Both the position numbers and the translations under genes were made by a program. From assembly GCA_030141605.1 (NCBI GenBank), contig JAQGDQ010000985.1:8988-72987 (forward strand): a stretch of 64,000 bases of DNA, read 5' to 3'. This document shows positions 18,621 to 54,500 of the stretch, piece after piece (position 1 is the first letter of the stretch; the number at the start of each line of letters is the position of its first letter). This DNA comes from Tubiluchus corallicola (taxonomy: Eukaryota; Animalia; Priapulida). The notes below the pieces were generated by a model. That model was not told the origin of the DNA. It ran no database searches and worked only from the letters and a program-made list of their open reading frames with translations.

Positions 18621-20057
18621 ACATAATAGCGAAGTATAAAATATCGGAAGTTTTAAGGAATTTAAAAATAGGAAATCGTTAACCGGTAAAAAACAGCTAA
18701 CATAATTCCGACTTTTCTCATTGACTAATTTTGAAAAAGAAAGATACGATCAGCACGCCGTGTAGGAACCAGACAATCCAAGTCAACGGGACTAGACAGA
18801 TGCGAATTTTCCGCAGCCGAACTATTAGCTTGATTGAAATTACATTGACTATAATTACAATAAACTATTCTTTAAGTTTCTTATCAAATTTAATTATTTG
18901 TGGTTTGTAACATCATCTATATCATATGTACTTTTCCTGCAAAAGACAGAGATTTGAAGCTAGGCGCTAGATGCTGCAAGTTGTATCGTCAGCATAAACG
19001 GATTCAATGATCAATTCATATCTGCATCAGTAAAAAGTTTAAAACTAAGTTACGTAATAGCTGATTTATAATAAACAGCCCCTTATTTTACTATTTTTAA
19101 ATAGATATAGAACATACATATATAAATCAGTTAAAATGTGTATGTACGTCATGGTTACCATTACATAAAATGCAAAAATAACTCCAATAATGGCCAATTT
19201 ACATATGATTATCATATTATCATTTTACAGTATTTTAATTCATGGTTTTAATTTAAGAATGTCATTATTTATGAAGTAAATGTTGTTCATATAGCCGAAT
19301 ACATTAATGTATTAACATGGACATCTTAATTAACTAGAGATAGAAAAAGCAGCGAGAGCCAATTAAAATAAAGTAAAATCTTAACCTCTCTTAATTCGTC
19401 GTTTGAAATGTAGGAAGGGAAAGCTTATAATAAAAAGATTAGTTATTATAATGCATGTAAAACTTTTTTATAACAAGACTTGCCTATAAATTACCAAACT
19501 TGTACAAATGGAACTTTGGCTACTCCAGCACTTTAACAGCAGGTGCTTTTCTTGAAAGTTTGACTACAGCTACAGTAGGAAACGTTGCACGAGTGAGCCG
19601 GACTGATGTAAGCCAACGTAAAATTAGACCAGACGACTTAGTCTATGGGTAACGCGTCCGCTTTCCGTCTGTTAGGTTCTGAGTTCGCTTAATTCGCTAA
19701 AAAATTAATTACCGGTTAATTAATTAATAGACGACTTGCTACGTCTTTATAACCAGATACTACTCGTAATCAATGCCTCGTTAAGATAAATTGACATGTC
19801 TATCTCGTTATAATGAAGTAGCTATAATTAAATGTCTCATTATAACGACGTAGCTAATTAACTATGTCATTACAAAATGGTAAAATGTATGTTACCATTT
19901 TGTAAAATGAAATTTTAATATAATACTTTGTTCTAAAGTATAAATTTGTTGGAGACGTAATTGCAATTCTAAAATTCGTTGTATACTAAACTTTGTAAAA
20001 TAACTTAACATAACATAATATAATTGTAATATTTAACCACTGTAAGTACCGTTTACT

Positions 20058-20086
20058 ATTATTAATATTATTATTATTACTATTAC

Positions 20087-20175
<89 letters not shown>
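20058..20175. repeat. (ATT)n microsatellite
   Basis: Direct reading of the sequence. Confidence 0.95.
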
Positions 20176-20176
<1 letters not shown>

Positions 20177-21967
20177 TGTGTTTTTGTTTATTGTGTTGCC
20201 GAGTATACCCCATGTACGGGGGTTTGTCTGTGTAGTTTTTTCTACATTGTAAATGTACTGCATTGTTCATATAATGTTTTGTAACTTGTAATTACAATTG
20301 TAATTGTATGGCTTGTAAATCATCAATAAAAAAACCTTATAATGACATGATACATTACTAAGAAGGTTATTCCTAGAGTTAGCATTATTCTGTTGTAATA
20401 AAATTGTCGTAGCCAATAAACAAATGCTAGGAAACTTACCGACATTTACAACTTGCATTAGGTGTAGAAGTGTTGTGTTCATTTGTGCATCAAATTGTCA
20501 TTAAAAGATGAGCAAAAAGAGAAGTACGTGATATGTCATTATGACCACGTCAAGGAGATGCATGCTGTGCGTCTAGACACGGTATTTTCAAACCTCTCTT
20601 CGTGGTATATAATCCGCGAGCCAGACCCTCACCTGTATCATTCAGAGGGAGGCGGCGAATTCTCCCAGATGCATTTTGAAAGGGTACATATCTCTGGTTG
20701 TCAAAAACGCATAATAGGCCTTCCTACGGCACAGCCCTGTGGGTGGTACTGGCCCATTTGTGGGTCCACCTTCGAAAGACTATGCTTGTGCAAACTTGCG
20801 CATGCGTTCTGTAGTTTTTTCCCATTGTGGTCTCTTTCTCGGGACCTATTTCAATATCCATTAAAGTTTTGCTTTTTTCTTCCGTCAAGGTTTTGTCTCA
20901 ACGGTCTACGTGAAGCAGTGTTATAAGTCTTTTCACAGTTTCGTTGAGCGCACGAGCAGTTCCTGTAAGTCAAAGGTTAAGTGTAGTAAGCAACGCGTCT
21001 TAACTACAACCGTCACGTGACATGTGTGTAAAGCAAAACCGTCTGGCGCACCAGTTCATTAACTCAATTGTTTTGCGTGGACTTTACTGAATAGTACATT
21101 AGTTTGTGTATAGAGTGCTTTATTTGTAAGATCTTGCTTGGGAACAAGAAAAAATGAACTAGGTAAGGTTCTAGCTAGCTGTTGAAACTGTTACTATTAC
21201 AATAGCATGGGCGTTGTACACAAATGCGTTGTTCGGTACACTTAACTTTTGACCTTTTCACGGCCATCATTAATCGCTGGAACTATGAAAAGGCTTATTG
21301 CTGTATGAGAGAAATGTCATAATGGGATACTGGAAGTACTCCTCAAGAGGCTCTGGAAGGCTGACAAAAAGAGCAAAACTTTCTATATTATTTTACAGTA
21401 TTACAACAGTAAGATGTGTAATGTTTATCATGTTTTTCAATGTTATGACTCATATCTCTGCTTGTGTTTTAAATTAAGAGGACCTACCAATAAACTTTGG
21501 CAGTAAACTTTCCAGGCTGTTAAAATTTTAAATTACAGTTTAATGTAAATGTAAGATGAATGATATTGGTGTAAATAATTCATGTAAAGCACTTCAGTTG
21601 CATGGTAAGTTAATAAAGGATATTTTTGTTTATGAGATCATTGTTTGCAAAATGATTCTTAACATATGACTCGCTGTGTCAACTAACATGGATATTACAC
21701 TGCACTCCGTTTCTGTCTGCACATCCAAGTTTTCTGGCAAACGTTCTGAAACTCTGTGAACGAAGGTGGAAATTTCATGAAGCTGTGCTCTGTGTTCCAC
21801 CACATTGCTTTCTTTCTCTCGACTTTGCATCCTGCATTCCAGACAGCACCCACGAGATCACGTACCGGCTGAGGTAATCGATTGTGGTAAGTCACTTGTA
21901 GTCCTGAGTAGACACATTTATATTTTCTTCTGGTATTTAATTATCCATGTTTGTTAAATAAATGCAA

Positions 21968-22362
21968 CTACATCAAAATGGAATTTATTGCCCACCTGTT
22001 TTGAACAAACTATTCATTGTCACGGCATCTAAAACAAAATTTAGCAGAATTTAGAAACAACATCGAAATACAATTCAGTAGTTAGATAGTCAAAAGACAT
22101 AATAACAATACCAATCACATACATGGGGATACATGTAGTATTGGTAATCATATAGATTGATAGTTTCATACCAATCAAGATATGTAATATATAAAGTAAA
22201 TTGTTAAATTATCTATATCATGTTGTGTCATATATCTTTTCACTATCTAACTACTGAATTGCATTTCGATGTTGTTTCTAAATTCTTATTTTGTTGTTTT
22301 AGATGTTTTGACAATGAAAAGTTTGTTCGAAACCGTCGCCAATAAATTCGGTTTTGATGTTT
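21968..22362. mobile_element. MITE-like element with ~130-bp imperfect terminal inverted repeats (mirrored at ~62760-63180)
   Basis: ACATCAAAA...GAATTTAGAAACAACATCGAAATACAATTCAGTAGTTAGATAGT (21970-22090) is the reverse complement of ACTATCTAACTACTGAATTGCATTTCGATGTTGTTTCTAAATTC...TTTTGATGT (22242-22360). Confidence 0.65.
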
Positions 22363-22519
22363 TTGTATTTAGTTCACCGGTTTGCTAGATCTGCTGGACT
22401 GAATTCCATTTGGAAGTGGTCCTGCAAAGTGGAACTAATGCTTAATTACGACGAATGTTAGCTGAGAAGTCTCATTAAAACTTTACCACGAGTTTTGCCA
22501 CATTTCTAGGCTTTAACCC

Positions 22520-22648
22520 GCCATGGACAGATAATATTATATTATCTGTTATGTATTAAATTAACAGACAGCCATGGACAGATAATATTATATTATCTGT
22601 TATGTATTAAATTAACAGACAGCCATGGACAGATAATATTATATAATA
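22520..22648. repeat. ~52-bp tandem repeat, ~2.5 copies (mirrored at ~62474-62606)
   Basis: GCCATGGACAGATAATATTATATTATCTGTTATGTATTAAATTAACAGACA repeated. Confidence 0.85.
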
Positions 22649-24419
22649 CAGATAAAAAGATAAAAATATTCATGTTTAACACCTAATGGTAAATTGACAG
22701 TCTTACTACTAATTTGGATGATTGCAGCGGAATCTGAGAAAAGCTCATGAAAAGTCATTGCCAGAGGCACTTGGATACGTGTTCATCCTCCCTCAGCGCG
22801 GCAAATATTGTTACGGAGGCACCTGTTGCCGGGTCAGATATAGAGCCCTCTGCACCTTCTGCCTCCACGTTAGCAGTGACTCACCCCTTCCTTGTAGATA
22901 CAGACGTCTTGTTTGGGCTTACACGTGGCGCCCGAAGCCAGCTGACCTGGAATGCCAGTATAAAGCGAGTAGAAGTCATTACAGCCTTGGATTTCTGAGA
23001 CAGGTGCTTCTCAGCCTAGTATATATGTGTGCTGTTACTTATTTAAGTTATTGTTCTTATTTTGTTCTCCCTTTTTTGTTATTAGTGCTAGCAATAAAAC
23101 TTTTTACAATGTTGATCTTATGTAGTGTTCTATTTTCTGATTTTTGTGTGTGCTAGGTGACTTGTCACACATGGTATATGCTGTTAGATCATAAATAATT
23201 CATTACTAATTACGACAACATTTGTAATTAAGAGAATTTCATTAGTTAAAAGAAAACCTCGTGTCAACATTAGTTCAGAATAAAAAATGCTCTAAAATAT
23301 TGAAAACTACAATAGCTTTGTTGATAGTTAATTAACTATGCCGTTATAATGATGATACGTTTGATAAACACTATTCTTTGAGTTACACATTCTGTTGAGA
23401 TATTGCTGGAATTGTTGCATTTTGCTTATTAATTGTTAATAAGTCATATACAGTAATCTCTATTTGCTGAGTATAGTCTGTGTTTAGTGATTCCAGTACG
23501 GATTTGCTACCTTTTTTAATTACAGTTTCGTTGAGATATCCTTTCGTAGTTTCAATGCAGAAATATTTCTCTATAATTATGTAAAGGAGAATATATCTAA
23601 CAAGTATATATATGAATACAAGTATATTCTTGTGACAGGAATTGCTTACTCAGCATATGGTGGAAAACAAGAGAAACACGTGGCTCATTTGAAGCAGTGC
23701 AACAAACTATTTTTATGGCGTTAATCGATTCTTAATTCAGTCAAAGCCGAGGACATTGACTAGAATCCACCTTAACTTGAGTGGTAGGTAGTAATTACTC
23801 AGGCAAAGCAACAACAAAAAACAACGTATCTTGCGTTTGCGGATATAAGCAAAAATTATGTAAAAACTTGTGTAGGCGTCACATGATGTAGGCCTATTAC
23901 GAATTGGGTAGCGATGTTTTAAATGTTTTTGGGGATCGGCGTGTCTGATAAGCTAAAGTAAAAATGTAGGTTACACCCTAAGTGCACATACATTGTTTTA
24001 CAACTTTACTTGTCCTGAGACAACATTTTTTATTTTACAATCGACTATTGCATTATCACTATGTTAACAGTCATATAAAGCATCTGTATAGTAGTTATAA
24101 TTTTATGATTTTTGATATTGAATCAGGTCACTGTGTTGGTACATAAACACGTTATTCGTTTTTTACTGTTACGTAGTTTTGAACATAAGGATCAGAGATC
24201 ATTCATCTATATAAATATTTAGCCTGTACAATGCAGTTTATATAATCTTTATAATAGTGCAAATGAGTTTTTAGTGATCGAAGTAGTGTGCTGTGAATAT
24301 ACAGTAAGAATACTAAAAGTAAAAAAGTAAGCATTGACACTAAAGTAAGCAATGTAATTAAGATCGAATATGTGATGAAATGGTGTTACTTGCTGAAAGA
24401 AAAACACTTACATAATAAT

Positions 24420-24962
24420 TTTCAATGATCGTATTACTCCGGCTTTCAAGATGGTGCATTGGTTACCAATTACACATCGCATGCAATTTAAAGTTCTTCT
24501 TGTTACCTTTATATCGTTAAAAAGGGAAGTACCATCGTATTTGACAGAGACTTTCGAGTTTATTACTTCAACATATACTCTGAGATCTATTGACAATCTA
24601 CAGTTTAAGATATCAAAAATTAAGTTTGTAACATTTGAGGATAGAGCTTTTAGCGTTTATGGAACCAGTTGTCTATGAATCTGAAATTGGCTACAAATGC
24701 TAGAGAATTTAAGAAACTAGTTATGACTCACTTGTTTTAGCCAGCACATGTGTAATTTTTAGTCTATCCTTTATGCTATTACTTTTTGCTAGTGTGATAA
24801 TGTCGTTTTTACTGATGATTCTTCTTGTGATGTCGTGCTCCTTGCGATAATTTAAAGTACTATTTAGATTTTATGTGATTTTCTTTTAATTTTGTACAGC
24901 ACCTTTTATACTATTTTATTATTGTGATGAAAGTTTACAAACAATAAACTGCTGAATTGAAT
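24420..24962 (+). mobile_element. L2/Crack-like LINE 3' fragment (mirrored at ~60145-60690, minus)
   Basis: Translation RITPAFKMVHWLPITHRMQFKVLL...PSYL...YTLRS...EDRAFSV matches the conserved C-terminus of L2/CR1-group ORF2, followed by an AT-rich 3' UTR with AATAAA. Confidence 0.7.
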
Positions 24963-25281
24963 AGTCTATATTCAATAGACTGGCGTCTACTGATTGTAAA
25001 ATTAAGCACCAACTGATAATGAAACAGAAACTACTAACTTTTAAAATTTAAAAAGCCGCCTGATACGTTAGATTACGTTCAGTGTACAACAACATTTGTT
25101 TACCAATTTACTTCGAATTGTTGTATTTTAAGACCTCGACTAACTAACTATTTGATACGTTTCGTTCATTTTGTTGACGACTGTTCAGATGACGGGAACT
25201 AAAAAAGTTCAATCTAAATAAATTTGGCTATATAAATAAGTAAGTGCTAACACATTGTTTAATTGATTTTAGAGAGTAAAA

Positions 25282-47960
<22,679 letters not shown>

Positions 47961-48565
47961 AAAGAAAAAAAAGAAAGCGAATGGGAGAGAAAGAGAGAGA
48001 AGAGAGAGAGCAAGAGAAAGAGAAAGGGGGAAAGTCTAGGCAAAATAGGGTAGACCAACGGTAAGCAATGCATCTACTTCATGGGTCAGAATGACCCACG
48101 TCCTCACGGGAAGTCACTATGGCTAAATATTTATTCTCGGTAACCTGTGACCTGTTATAAAAAACTAAGTGACATTACCACAGTAGATTCAAGTGATATG
48201 ACCGTCAGCCTATTCAAGCTTATTTACATTTCTTGACATTGTCTCTTTGACTTTGGGCCCTTTAAACCAAAAGGTGCTCGAATTCTAGGTCTTGTCCAGA
48301 CCTACTACACTCCACACAATAACTACTTTGAACCTGCTAATAAGTTGTTTGCACCTTATGCCCGACGCACACACGTGCGGAAGTTCTACAGAAAATAGTT
48401 ATGTGAACTTAAGTTGAAGGTTTACCACGTCTGACAAATAGTAAGCAATGCATTTTCATTTTTCTTGCTGAATCATTAGTATTATTCTACGTAACCTCCG
48501 GTAATCGACAAAACTTATTATATAGGTTTTAATTCATGGGTAAATAATCAATAATCAATATTTAC

Positions 48566-51500
48566 TTGATCCAACAGTTTGTCATAAATTGCTCGTTCAC
48601 ATCTTGAAATATCCGTATCATTTTCCCATTTTGCTTTGTCATCCTCTTTTACACATTTCCTGTATGCAGTTCCTTTAAAAGTAATATAATACATTGAAAT
48701 AACGTTAAAATAGAATTAATAGAATGAATATAAAAGGTTTAAAATATTAACGGAAACAAGATCACTGAAGGAGTACTTAAAGTAGTTAATTTCATATCTA
48801 TTCTAAGTGATATACCCTTTTGCCTACTAAAATTGAGTACAACGACGGAAAAAATACAATGTGCATCTTGGATTCTCTTTTGTAATTTTTTGCATCAACA
48901 CGAAGGCATGTCATGTGGCTTCAGGTCTTTCCGTTACTTGTCTAGAACTTGGATTTCTACAAACAATTAACCTACCTGCATAATCCTCTGGACATGGTCC
49001 TTCAACTGTCCCAATTCTGGCGTCTGGCCACTCCGATTCAGCTCTACAGTATTGCGTCTCGTCTGAAAAAACCCTCTTGTAACTAAAATTTGAATTTCGT
49101 ATAAAACGTTTTTGGCATCAAAAAGCTACAAACTAACACATATTGCAAAAATTGAAGTATAAGTAATTTTTATCCTCATAAATAAGAGATTTTATTTACT
49201 AAGTATGCTAGACTGAGCAAAGACCACAACTCTGCCATGAGGATTGCTTAAGTTAAGTAGTTGGTGTAATGTATACGCTCAAACCAAAGTTGCGTTCCCA
49301 TATCTATGTAATTTATTCTGCAAAAATACAAATTTTCTGTAGTCTACAATTACTACATCTACAAATCTACTGAAATAAGTGCTAGAAAATGAGTGCTACA
49401 GATTACTACGTTGCACTAAAAGCTAAAAATGCATACATACATTGTTGGTCCAATATTGAGTCGCGAAAAAGCCAGAATGTCAGTAGAAGGTAGCAGTATA
49501 ATTATAAGTGAAATTCTAAATGTAACAGAGACGTGTGTACATAACAAGTTCCATCTACACAATGTCAGAGTAGAAAAAGTAGTCTAGCTTGTTGAGCTAC
49601 AGTCTAATATATTGTGGCTTCTAATGCATATACTACCTTGAGAAGGGGTAATGGACCAAAACATTTGCACCTGCAACAGTTGGTGTTCGCGCATTATTGA
49701 CGCTGCACTTCATCCGTCATTACGCCTCCTAAAGCTATGGATGAGCCGAGCGCTTGGCCGTATTACTAATCTAGGTACTGGACAAACCGTCCTAATACAG
49801 AAGAACATCCAATCGTTCTCTAAATGCAGTGCAGTTAGAGAAGCAAATGGTTTCTCTAATTACTGGCTTCTTTGTGCACATACCAAAGTCTTTACGAATC
49901 CACAGCTTGGCATCAGCGCTTGATTTGCCTGCATCATTAGAAGCAATACAAGTGTAAAGCAACTCTGTCTTCTCATGCTCGAAAAGATATGAATATGGTA
50001 TTGTGATGGTGCTCTGAAAGTTCAGTGCATCACTGCCTTCCAGACCTGTTGGTAAGAATGCCAGAGTTTTATTATATATGTTAGTATTTTATTAAAGATA
50101 GCTCCTAGTAAGGGCGTACCTTGAACATTGATGTTCTTAATTACGTCATAATAGGTAATAATTTGACGTCATCGTGACGTCATAGGTGAAAAATGACAAC
50201 ATTTCTGGAATCCTCAGTCATTAATAAATATTTTTCATCTAGGCGCAATGGTTTAGGAAATATAACTCATTTTTGGCTCAAGTAAGAGCCATCTTGGATT
50301 TGTGCGTACAAGTGCCAAAGCCGGTTTTGGCAGATTTTTTGTTGAAGTTAGCTGAGACCATGTTCTAACAGAATCTGAAGAGAAAAATTCGATTGCACAT
50401 TTGTTTTAGGTTCTTTGTTATCTTTACCCCCATTGCGTTTTTCTTACCAGGTGTCTGGTGTCAAGCATAACAAAAAATAGAATAAAATATACAGTATTAG
50501 TAGAATTTCTTACAATATAACAGGGCTAGTTTTAAGTTTATAAGTTTGAATTATCAGTGATTTCCGTAATAAAATAATCAAAATCAATGTATTGGTTTAA
50601 TTTACAATTTGCAATAAGGGATTAAACGCAAATCCAACATTCAGTGACAAGGCCTATTTAATATAGAGGATTATAGTAGGACCGTAACCTAGCTCATTAT
50701 TAAGGCTAAACTTGTAATATGACACGTTAAACCACCAGAAGTATCTTTGCCATGTTCACCAGTCCGTAACATGGAAAGTAGAGATGTTAAACGATACAAA
50801 TTTGGCGATAGGGTAACTATACGACACGATACTTTTTTCTAACAATACAATAACGATAATTCACTTTTCAGACGATACGATACGATAAATTATTTCGAGC
50901 GATAAAAACGATACTGAAGTTAGAAAATTTGTGCAGCAACAAAAAAACCATCTCTAAAGAAAGTTTATGCAGTAACAAAAAGTACCTCTACAAATTAAAC
51001 CATTTATGTAAACAATACGTGACTACGACGAAATTTTCTGCTTCGTTGTTATAATGATTCATAAATAAGTAAACTGCAATAGATACGTAGCTTACTACAA
51101 TGTAAAGATTTATCTGTGCGAGCTGCACAATTACACATGTCCGGGACGATGACAACAAAAATGCTCGGCATTCGCGAGTCTGTATGATTCAGAGTCAGAA
51201 TAAAGATAACCGCTATTGCAAAGCGAAAGTGCAACTTCATGCGTCTGACAAGCTTATAATTTTAAATAATTCTTTTTATCCACCGTTTTGTTTAATTTCT
51301 GTAAGTAAATTGAAAAGTAAAGTGAAGCGATTTTATAAAGGTAAGTGATAAGCCGATACAAGCCAAAATCGATGCGACAACGATATACCTAGAATAATAT
51401 CGACACGATAACGATAAAAACTAATTTTTCGTATCGATACGATATTCAATAATTATCGATAGGCGATAATTGTCAACTCTCGGCAGTTCGTCCTTCTACA

Positions 51501-54500
51501 AAATATGAAAACAGTGTCTACAAAGAATTGGAAAATATTTTTAGTACTTTGAGTGAAATTAGTAGATTCTTCGTCGCCTTCAAACCATTTTATTGTTACG
51601 TTCAGGTCATCGGGATCCAGGCTGCCAGTTTTAATGTATCCCTTGCAAACGAGTTCAACTGTTCCCTACAGAAATGGCATAACATAAACAGTTATTATAA
51701 GACACATTATGAAGTAAATTAGCATCTACACAAGGAATAGTAATACACTAGTTACACAAGAAATAGTAAAATAAGTTCTATTAGTGTGAAATGCTGTAAG
51801 GTGAAGAAGGTGTATTAGTGTGCAGAGATCCCTATTCTGAAGATATCTAGATCTCTAGGAAAGTGAAGCAGATGGGGGCGGTTGTTGGTCTGTCATCAGT
51901 TTTTACCCAAATGTTTTCATTTCCGGCAGACAGAATTGCAAAAATCTATTACTTTCTAAATTATAAATCTAGAAATAAATACTACATTACAATACGATAA
52001 CACAAAACAACATCACAATACAATAACTAGATTATAAATCTAAAAATAAATACAACATTACAATACAATAACACAAAACAACATCACAATACAATAACTA
52101 GATTATAAATCTAAAAATAAATACAACATTACAATACGATAACACAAAACAACATCACAATATAATAACTAGATTATAAATCTAGAAATAAATACAACAT
52201 TACAATACGATAACACAAAACAACATCACAATACAATAACTAGATTATAAATCTAGAAATAAATACTACATTACAATACGATAACACAAAACAACATCAC
52301 AATACAATAACTAGATTATAAATCTAGAAATAAATACAACATTACAATACAATAACACCATACAACATCACAATACAATAACTAGAATCTAGGATAAAAC
52401 TCTGCGCTTTGGTTTCATTTCCATCCAAGTAATCAAGCAAATGTCATGTATCTTAATCCATAGCAGCTGACTTGCAATGAATATTTGGCTGTTATACGTA
52501 TATAAGACTTATATATTCATAAATAACAGCCATAAACTTGTATCTACTTAACCCATAACGTCACCCATTCAACATAAAATCTCGTTTACATTTTATTTTG
52601 TTTGCAGAACCTTTCAGAATAGACTAATCTCATTCTTTGCTCTACATATGTGAAATTTATTGCAGGCTTAGATCTACAACGCCCAAATATGAAAGCAATA
52701 ATAAAATGGGTTGATCCCAAAGTTCATTTTCGATGAGCGTTTAGGGCAAGAGTTCAAAAGAAACCAGACCACATCTCAAATTTTGATGGCTAAATGAAGA
52801 AAACTATTCCTCGTGCCCAAATACTACATAAAATACGTATACGTCATAAAATACACCACTTTATTTCATTTTAGTAATCTTTGCACTAAATCAAAAATAT
52901 AAATAAATAGTTTGTGAAATTTTACATATTAAATATTTTATAAGCTACGAAATAATTTTCACAAGTCGTACATACAAGTTATGTATAATCAACAGTTGCA
53001 AATTTTATTTATTTATTTATTTATTAAATATATCCACAACGATCATTACAGCATTGTACATAAAAGTATTTAATAACGTATTTATTATTATGTACACAAG
53101 ATGCCAAGCTGCAAATGACCCGTGTGGTACTCAAGAAGTAATTACTTGTTTAGAGCACCCCAAATGAATGTGGATTGAGTGTAGTAGAAAAGAGCAGTAA
53201 AGGAGTAGAAAAGAAAGGTTAATAGAGAATAGAAAGAAAGAGAAAGATGTGATGGTATCTGTATGAAGTAACGTGAACTATAGAAATGTAAAAATTGACA
53301 TAGCCAGCAATGCAATGGATTCCGACAGATACAGCAGCGTAATTAATGTTACCAGCATTTTTCTGAAAAGCTAGCACTGCAAAAGTAATCAGTTAATATT
53401 TCAAGAGATCCACTGAAAATGTATCACAAATTCTTAAACTATGCAATTGGCATATTTACTCCATGCATTTTATTGGATCTGTAAAGAATTGAATGCTCAC
53501 TAAAGTTGCACATTTCCAACAAGTTTCTTGCAATGATAATTATATTTTCTTGTTGTTGTTGTTTTTGCTTTGTTTTTTAAATATAAGAAATATTAATTCT
53601 AATGATTGTTTCAATTACTATTAATTTTATACGAACAAGGAGATTGTCTTGCAAAAGAGAAAACAAAAGTAGACCAGTTTCATTTAAAACTTAAAAGCAT
53701 CTATTTTGAAACTCACCTCAATTGGCTGTGATTCGTCCTGAACAATGACCACAAGTGAGGGCGGATCTATTGTGACGACTGGGTAGCTTAAAACAGAGAA
53801 ACCGATTTCATTTGAAGAAACGTTCACATGCTTGTTAGTGCTGATACACGTTATGTTACCTAGAAAATACATAAGTATTTTTGTAGCACATGAGAGGTTA
53901 GATGACCTTACAGGTTGTCACATAATGACATGACAGTTATAATGGCAACCTGCTTCACATTTCCAATTATTCACTATTTTTTTCTTTTGTTTTCTGAGAT
54001 ACGTTGTACGTTCTAATTTTGCAAGCAAACGGAGGTCCAGCCGTAGTAGCCGTGGTCAGTGGTGTTGGACCGAGGGTATCGAAATTGCCATAGGTGCATT
54101 TGCAGGAGTCCAGGAAACGCTAAACATCAATTGATACAAAAATTAATTACACATGTAATCATAGTTTATGCTTATAAAGCAAAAACGCTCCATAAGCTGC
54201 TATTCATCACCCAACGCCAGAACTACTATTAATGCTAAATACAATTTTGGTGGCAACAGGACTCTAGCCATCTCCAAAGATTAGGTTCTTAGATGTCAGA
54301 TGCACATTAGCCACTGCTTATACAACTATACATCTTCCTCAATTAATGGAGGAAACAAAATCATATAAAATGTCTATAAACCGACCGTTTTCCACGCAGT
54401 CAGCCATGCATTTATTAACCAGGAACAGCGCTGCTTAACTATCGACTAAAACCACACGCTTATGGTTGCGCTGTTGACGTTTTGAACTGACGTAAAGGTA

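Noticed and set aside
19630-19700. tRNA gene
   Set aside because: Only weak A/B-box-like strings and no cloverleaf; at most a decayed tRNA-SINE head.
20483-21895. Short ORFs upstream of the receptor (147 aa, 66 aa; 87 aa in the mirror arm)
   Set aside because: No recognisable domain, and the frame differs between the arms.
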